Positions 48,088 to 53,361 of a stretch of 53,361 bases of DNA are shown here, piece by piece (position 1 is the stretch's first letter; each line of letters starts with the position of its first letter). The position numbers and the translations under genes are program-made. Under the pieces are notes generated by a model. It was not told the DNA's origin. It did not search any database and was given only the letters and a program-made list of their open reading frames with translations. This stretch comes from an uncultured Clostridia bacterium. GTDB taxonomy: Bacteria; Bacillota; Clostridia; Oscillospirales; CAG-272. The stretch lies in NCBI GenBank assembly GCA_944384515.1, contig CALWTU010000032.1, positions 1 through 53,361 on the forward strand, read 5' to 3'.

Positions 48088-50373
48088 TTACCTCTGCTGC
48101 ATTATCTCAGGAAAATCAATTAAAACCTGAGAGTAGAGCGCCTGTGCTCCGAGCTGTGCCGGATGAACATTATCCTCACTGAGCATTCCGCTGTACCAAT
48201 TTACATTCTCATACGAACCTGTAGCACGGGCAAAATCCACATATCTGTATCCGAGCGATTTAACATACTCGTTTTTAAAATTGTTGTTGACCGTTGGTGT
48301 TGACGGTATGGTCGCAAGAATAGGTGTAATTCCCTTCTCGTTGCATATTGCAATAAACTCGTCGGTTGCCGCTTTCCACTCAGCGTTGACTCCCGTCTCC
48401 GAGTCTCTGTTATTCATTCCCATGCACCAGAACGCATATTTGGGAGTGCCATGCAAAAGTGCGGTCTTGAAATCCCTCAGCGCAGTTTGTGTATTCATTC
48501 CGGGATATCCTGTCATAAGATGATTTGTATATCCGTTCTTAATCAGATATGACGGCCATCTTGCAGGATCGGATGTATTAAAATACGAATCTCCGAACAT
48601 CCAGATATTTGTCATATAATCATCACAGAACCAACGCATGCTTACATTCGTAACATCAAGGTTCTCAACCTTGGCAAATATCATGCCGTTTCTGCCCGCC
48701 CAGTTATATTCCGTCTCATACATTCCGGTACTTGTCATCATCATGATTTTTGCCCTGCCGTAACCGCAATCAATGCTGACATTGACAAAATCCTTTACGG
48801 TAAGTCCGTGAGTAAATACCTGAGAGTCCTCTCTTGAGTCACCGTAGCAGTTTATTACCTTAAGCTCCGTCTCGGTAATCTCAATATAGCTTGAGGCGTA
48901 GAGCGGATAATATCCGTGTCCGAGCGTTATCTTCATTTCTCCGCTTAACACACCCGGAAGATCCGCCTGGAAAGTCAAATGTTTGTTGTTGATTATTGTA
49001 TTTTCCTCAAGTTCTATGCTCTCGCCGGATTTAAGCTTATCCGCTTTTGCATATATCGACGGTGAGCCCAAAACCTGTGATATCATTATGTTAAGGTTAT
49101 TTGTATCGAGATTTTCTATACCCGAAATCGCACTCAGAATCTCCTCAACATTCATTGAACTAAGGTCAGCCCTCAGTGCCGCAAGTTCCTTGCTGATACC
49201 CTCGTTTTGCTCCTGAATCTCCGCTATGGACTCAAGCATATCCGGGCTGAGAGACTCGGTTCTGAGCGCATACGAATAGTTACCGTTTTGCTTTGTATGT
49301 ACCACCTGAGGTCCAAACTCAATTTCGTGAGAGGCAAATGTAATCACAGCATAAACCGCTCCCTCGGGAACCTCATAAATATATGTACCGTCACCGTTAT
49401 AGAATGATATTTCGGGAAGTGCTGCTTTGTTTTCGTCAAATACCGTAACGAACCTCATGCTCACACGCTTTTCTTGATTGTCTCTGACACTGAATTCAAG
49501 AGTATCCCCGGGCATAACCGATATATACTCGGTATAACTGTAGTAGTTATCATCCCGCTTTTCTATCTTGCCGTGCTGCGTCATAAATCCGTACTCGTGT
49601 GTCACATCCTCATAGAATGCTTCATACTCCGGCACCTTTTCAAAATATCTTTCCACAAACGCATAGACCTTTGCAAACTCGTCTCCGACAGCCTTCGCGT
49701 CTGCCGCCTTTCCGGACTCGACAAGTTTATCGTCAAGCTCAAGCAAAATATCGGCTACCCACTGAGTTTTACTGCCTGTATATCCCTCTTTTACGGCTAT
49801 ATCGTAACAACTCTCAAATTCGCCGGTGCCGTCAGCTCCGTTTGTAACCTCAAATGTAGTAAACGTTTCGTCAGAATATGTAATGGTATAAGTATCCACA
49901 AGACCGTCCGTACTTGTCTTTGCTATTCCGATAATGGATACGCCGTCTTTACCGCTATCTCCTTTTTCTCCGTCCTTTCCGTTATAAACCGTATATTCAA
50001 ATGTCTCCGAAGAAGAAAAAGTTATCCTGTATGTATCGGTATTTTCCGCCGAGGAAATAAGTTCAATCTTCTCGATTGAATCTCCTTTATCCCCCTTATC
50101 TCCCTTGTCACCTTTTATACCGTCTGAAATCTGAATCTCTGCTGTTTTTCCGTCGGAATATGTGATTTTGTATGTATCAATAACTCCGTCTCCCTCGACC
50201 TTTTCAAAATTTATTACAGCAACCGGTCCCGTTGCCGATACTCCGGTATCCTCGCCGCCGACAAACCAGTTTCCGTTATCACCGATGTATGGTGCTGTAT
50301 CTGTACATGCTACAACAGAAAACATCACGGTCAAGATTAACATAACACATAGTGCATTTTTCACAAATTTCAT
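48088..50373 (-). CDS. SGNH esterase paralogue A, predicted lipoprotein with long collagen-like stalk
   Basis: ATG 50373 (ORF track start 50445); VVA-C lipobox; APYIGDNGNWF; (GDK)n triplets; FGDSYF, CMGMNN, DNVHP. Confidence 0.8.
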   Translation of the reverse strand: MKFVKNALCVMLILTVMFSVVACTDTAPYIGDNGNWFVGGEDTGVSATGPVAVINFEKVEGDGVIDTYKITYSDGKTAEIQISDGIKGDKGDKGDKGDSIEKIELISSAENTDTYRITFSSSETFEYTVYNGKDGEKGDSGKDGVSIIGIAKTSTDGLVDTYTITYSDETFTTFEVTNGADGTGEFESCYDIAVKEGYTGSKTQWVADILLELDDKLVESGKAADAKAVGDEFAKVYAFVERYFEKVPEYEAFYEDVTHEYGFMTQHGKIEKRDDNYYSYTEYISVMPGDTLEFSVRDNQEKRVSMRFVTVFDENKAALPEISFYNGDGTYIYEVPEGAVYAVITFASHEIEFGPQVVHTKQNGNYSYALRTESLSPDMLESIAEIQEQNEGISKELAALRADLSSMNVEEILSAISGIENLDTNNLNIMISQVLGSPSIYAKADKLKSGESIELEENTIINNKHLTFQADLPGVLSGEMKITLGHGYYPLYASSYIEITETELKVINCYGDSREDSQVFTHGLTVKDFVNVSIDCGYGRAKIMMMTSTGMYETEYNWAGRNGMIFAKVENLDVTNVSMRWFCDDYMTNIWMFGDSYFNTSDPARWPSYLIKNGYTNHLMTGYPGMNTQTALRDFKTALLHGTPKYAFWCMGMNNRDSETGVNAEWKAATDEFIAICNEKGITPILATIPSTPTVNNNFKNEYVKSLGYRYVDFARATGSYENVNWYSGMLSEDNVHPAQLGAQALYSQVLIDFPEIMQQR

Positions 50374-50478
50374 AATCTTTTCCCCCGATTTTAATTTATT
50401 TTGCTGATTTGTTAATATTTTATAGCATTTATCTCTTTTTGTCAATGATTTTCGGAATTTATTTATATTTTTATTTTA

Positions 50479-50507
50479 TTGACAACAATTTAAAAGAGTG
50501 TTATAAT
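50479..50507 (+). promoter_or_regulatory. sigmaA promoter
   Basis: TTGACA-17 bp-TATAAT with extended TG. Confidence 0.75.
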
Positions 50508-50538
50508 TTTCTGTGACAGTATCCGAAAGGAGATCGAA

Positions 50539-51063
50539 ATGGATTTTAACAGTTATGAATACACCGTAGAACAAAAATCCGAGGGAAAATGGAAGAGGGC
50601 AAAAATTCTTATGATTTTATTCTACACTGTATATGTACTTGCATATTTTGTAGCGATTTACGCAACAAGAATTTTCACTTTAGGCGCTCTTATACCCTTT
50701 ACCCTTTGGATATTGGTGTTCTTCACATGGAGATATGTAAAACCCGAATATAAATACTCGGTTGAATCCGGAGTTTTGACCTTCACCGTAATTTACGGCG
50801 GAAAGTCCTCAAAAATTAAATTTAAAACAAAACTCGGCGATGCTGTCAGCATTTGCCCTGCAGAGCAAAGCGATACGGCGGAATTTTCACCTGAAAAAAT
50901 CTACAATGCACTCCCCTCCGCCGACTGTCCTGACAGGTATGTCATGCTCTTTTACGATGAAAAAAACCAAAAGTCCGCATTTTACTTCAGAGCTACAAAG
51001 GCAGCGCTTAAGGTCATGCATTACTACTGCAGCCGCACCGTAATAACCGATACGGTATACTGA
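50539..51063 (+). CDS. Hypothetical membrane protein (2 TM + soluble beta-rich domain)
   Basis: RBS AAGGAG; two hydrophobic helices followed by EYKYS...L. Confidence 0.65.
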   Translation: MDFNSYEYTVEQKSEGKWKRAKILMILFYTVYVLAYFVAIYATRIFTLGALIPFTLWILVFFTWRYVKPEYKYSVESGVLTFTVIYGGKSSKIKFKTKLGDAVSICPAEQSDTAEFSPEKIYNALPSADCPDRYVMLFYDEKNQKSAFYFRATKAALKVMHYYCSRTVITDTVY

Positions 51064-51120
51064 TTTTGCCGCCTCGGCTTGGGTGCATAACAAACCAAAA
51101 AACAAAACTAACGGATATTT

Positions 51121-52134
51121 ATGACAAAAGAAGATGTAAATAAACTCAAATTTCTGCGTGAGACATTTGACCGCAACTATGAGTTGACGCACTTATACAA
51201 GCTATACCTTGAACGCTTCCCCGACTTTATCTCAAAAGAGGATATTCTTGAGATGACAAAAGACGGTGTGATTGACAAGAAGGAGGCTATTGTCGCTTTT
51301 CTGGCGGCGGCGTTTAATCTTGACAGCGAATGCGGGCGTGACCGCAGGATGATTGATCGGTATCTGAGAAATTCCGTAAGAATTTTAAACGCAGAGGATT
51401 ATTATAACGACAGTTACGCAAAAAACATAAAAATACCTCTTATCAAAAAAGGCAGATGGGAATTTAAAAAGGAAATATACCCTGCTTACAGAGGTGTTAT
51501 AGCCGACGACCTTATCATTATGCCTGATTTTACGGAAATTCCGCCGCTTGGATTTTTTGAAGAAGACTTTTCTTTTTATGCCGTGCTTGAGGACGGCAAC
51601 GAGTGGATGACGCTGACCCCTGTTGATATGGACAGCTGCAAAGAGGCGATAAGCGAGGCTCACGGCGATGTTATCACCTTCGGTCTCGGACTCGGCTATT
51701 ACTGCTTCAAAGTCAGCGAAAAAGAAAATGTACGCTCCGTCACGGTAGTTGAAAAAAGCCGTGATGTCATTGACTTGTTCAGCGAATACATTCTTCCGCA
51801 AATTAAAAACCGTGACAAAATAAAAATCGTGCATGACGACGCAATACTCTACGCACAAAATACCATGCCTGAGCTTCATTTTGATTACGCATTCGTCGAC
51901 ACATACAGAGACGCCCACGACGGCGCACCGATGTACACAGAGATGAAAAATGCGGAGAAGCTTAACAAAAATGTTAAGTTTTCCTATTGGATAAAAAATT
52001 TCATTGTGTCAAGGCTCAGAGCGGAAAAATTTGAAGAAATTTACGGTATGTATGAAAGAAATGAGGTAAACGCCCCGAAATCATACGAGGAAATTTTAAG
52101 AATCTTGAGAGATATTGAGCATGGGAAAGATTAA
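51121..52134 (+). CDS. Class I SAM-dependent methyltransferase-like (spermidine synthase-like) protein
   Basis: WM..TP, FGLGLGY motif I, VTVVEK, DDA, FVD. Confidence 0.65.
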   Translation: MTKEDVNKLKFLRETFDRNYELTHLYKLYLERFPDFISKEDILEMTKDGVIDKKEAIVAFLAAAFNLDSECGRDRRMIDRYLRNSVRILNAEDYYNDSYAKNIKIPLIKKGRWEFKKEIYPAYRGVIADDLIIMPDFTEIPPLGFFEEDFSFYAVLEDGNEWMTLTPVDMDSCKEAISEAHGDVITFGLGLGYYCFKVSEKENVRSVTVVEKSRDVIDLFSEYILPQIKNRDKIKIVHDDAILYAQNTMPELHFDYAFVDTYRDAHDGAPMYTEMKNAEKLNKNVKFSYWIKNFIVSRLRAEKFEEIYGMYERNEVNAPKSYEEILRILRDIEHGKD

Positions 52135-52660
52135 GGAATTTGAAAAAGAAAAGCTTATAATGGGTATAATTTACCACGACGAAGAGATATATGAAAAGGT
52201 AATGAAAATTCTTGAGGAAAAATTCGGCAGGACAGATGACAGATGCGAAGAGTTTTCCTTTTCAAAAGAATTTTCCACATATTATGACGGGGAGCTTGGC
52301 GGAGAAGGCAGAAGAATTATCCTGAGTTTTGAAAACACGGTGGACCCTGCCCTGCAATCCGAGATAAAACAGTACACAAACAGCATAGAAGCACGGTTTT
52401 CGGATGCTGACGGAAACAGAAAGATAAATCTCGACCCCGGATTTATGAACCACGGCAGAGTGATGCTGCCGACAACAAAGCCGACAGGCTTCAGAATTCC
52501 GCTCTCAAACGGAATAAACACAGAGCTGACTCTGTTTTTTGCCAGAGGCAGCTGGCACAAGTTCCCCTGGACTTACAGAGATTATCAATCCGAAAGAGTT
52601 CAGCAGTTTTTGCTGAGAGTAAGAAAAAAATACCTTCACCAAAGAAAAGACGAAAACTGA
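52121..52660 (+). CDS. DUF4416-like conserved protein
   Basis: TYY..E.G, IK..TN.IE, R.INLDPG, TTK, FPWTY.DY. Confidence 0.7.
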   Translation: MGKIKEFEKEKLIMGIIYHDEEIYEKVMKILEEKFGRTDDRCEEFSFSKEFSTYYDGELGGEGRRIILSFENTVDPALQSEIKQYTNSIEARFSDADGNRKINLDPGFMNHGRVMLPTTKPTGFRIPLSNGINTELTLFFARGSWHKFPWTYRDYQSERVQQFLLRVRKKYLHQRKDEN

Positions 52661-52934
52661 ATTTTATAAACCCGATTTACACGCTTTACTGTCAGAAGTA
52701 ATTAGATTGATTATTAATGCAACACGAGCGAGCGTTTTGCAAGCAAAATAAAAATCAAAGTCGCAGCATTCAATACTCCGTCAAGAAATGACGAAAAATA
52801 TAACAAAACAAAGATTTATTTTGTTCCGTGACGGAATAAGTGTAATAAATACAAGGATTTATGTGCATATATACACATGTGTTGCAATATGAAGCAATTC
52901 ATACATGCCGTGTGTTTTAAAAGCAACATTTAAT

Positions 52935-52970
52935 TAACCGAGCCGATATTTTTATCCTGCGGCTCGGTTA
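52935..52970 (-). terminator. Hairpin downstream of the Res gene
   Basis: TAACCGAGCCG...CGGCTCGGTTA, 11-bp IR. Confidence 0.6.
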
Positions 52971-52978
52971 CCGTGACT

Positions 52979-53361
52979 TTACACCTTATTGCGTTTCAGT
53001 TCCTGCCAGTCCTTTGTGAACTGGTAATCAATTTCGTTGTCCAAAGCTTTGAAATGCTCTCTTCCGCAATGAATTTTAAGCCGTTCGGAAGGTCGCAACT
53101 TATGTTCGTCTGTCGTGCCTTTGGTTTCAAGAACAAAGTACATTTTCTTTTCGTCCTCTTTTTCCATATATACAGCCCAGTCAGGTGAATAATTGGAAAT
53201 GGGTGTGCTTATCTTGAACCTCTGCGGTATCTTAAAGAACAGTTTTACATCCGGATCATTGTCAAGTGCTTCGGCAAAAGGTCTTTCGACTGTATCACTG
53301 TCATAGATAACATAGTCATATACAGAGTGTTTCACCTTGATTGCATTGATGTCCTCAAAGG
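52979..53361 (-). CDS. Type III restriction enzyme Res subunit, C-terminal end (partial; runs off the window)
   Basis: DSDTVERPFA, KIP..FKI.TP..NYSPDWA, YFVLETKG, LRPSE.LKI.CG..HF; frame open to the window edge. Confidence 0.85.
   Translation of the reverse strand, partial: FEDINAIKVKHSVYDYVIYDSDTVERPFAEALDNDPDVKLFFKIPQRFKISTPISNYSPDWAVYMEKEDEKKMYFVLETKGTTDEHKLRPSERLKIHCGREHFKALDNEIDYQFTKDWQELKRNKV

Noticed and set aside
45647-50373. Diversity-generating retroelement or shufflon explanation for the three similar 3' ends
   Set aside because: No reverse transcriptase or recombinase in the window; the copies differ throughout, including synonymous sites, not specifically at adenines, which fits old paralogy
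1-53361. CRISPR array, tRNA, rRNA, riboswitch, IS or prophage
   Set aside because: No regularly spaced repeats, cloverleafs, known riboswitch consensus, transposase or phage structural gene cluster recognised by eye; an Infernal/tRNAscan run is needed to exclude small RNAs

Overview
53.4-kb chromosomal segment, probably from a spore-forming Clostridia-type Firmicute (inferred from ytvI, a Noc-like gene, sigmaA-type promoters and gene content). Most of it is housekeeping or metabolic: queG-like, plsY, tsaE, tsaB, rpiB, three clustered peptidases, rpmB, cyclophilin, a nagB/NahK-like/ROK amino-sugar locus, an Mre11/Rad50-like pair, acyl-CoA ligase, CapD-like, rsmG and trmO. I recognised no rRNA, tRNA, CRISPR array, integrase or transposase. 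The most unusual items are: (i) three tandem SGNH esterase paralogues of graded length, two of them lipoproteins on collagen-like stalks with phage-tail-fibre-like motifs; (ii) a Noc-like gene next to rsmG that lacks the whole N-terminal CTPase/membrane-anchor region; (iii) an esterase-acyltransferase (HxxxDG) fusion; (iv) two intergenic hairpins sharing an identical 16-nt core, each near a perfect palindrome; (v) a 1782-aa secreted multidomain beta-helix protein and a 740-aa orphan scaffold-like protein. The window ends inside a type III restriction (Res) gene. All family assignments come from motif recognition by eye, not from database searches.
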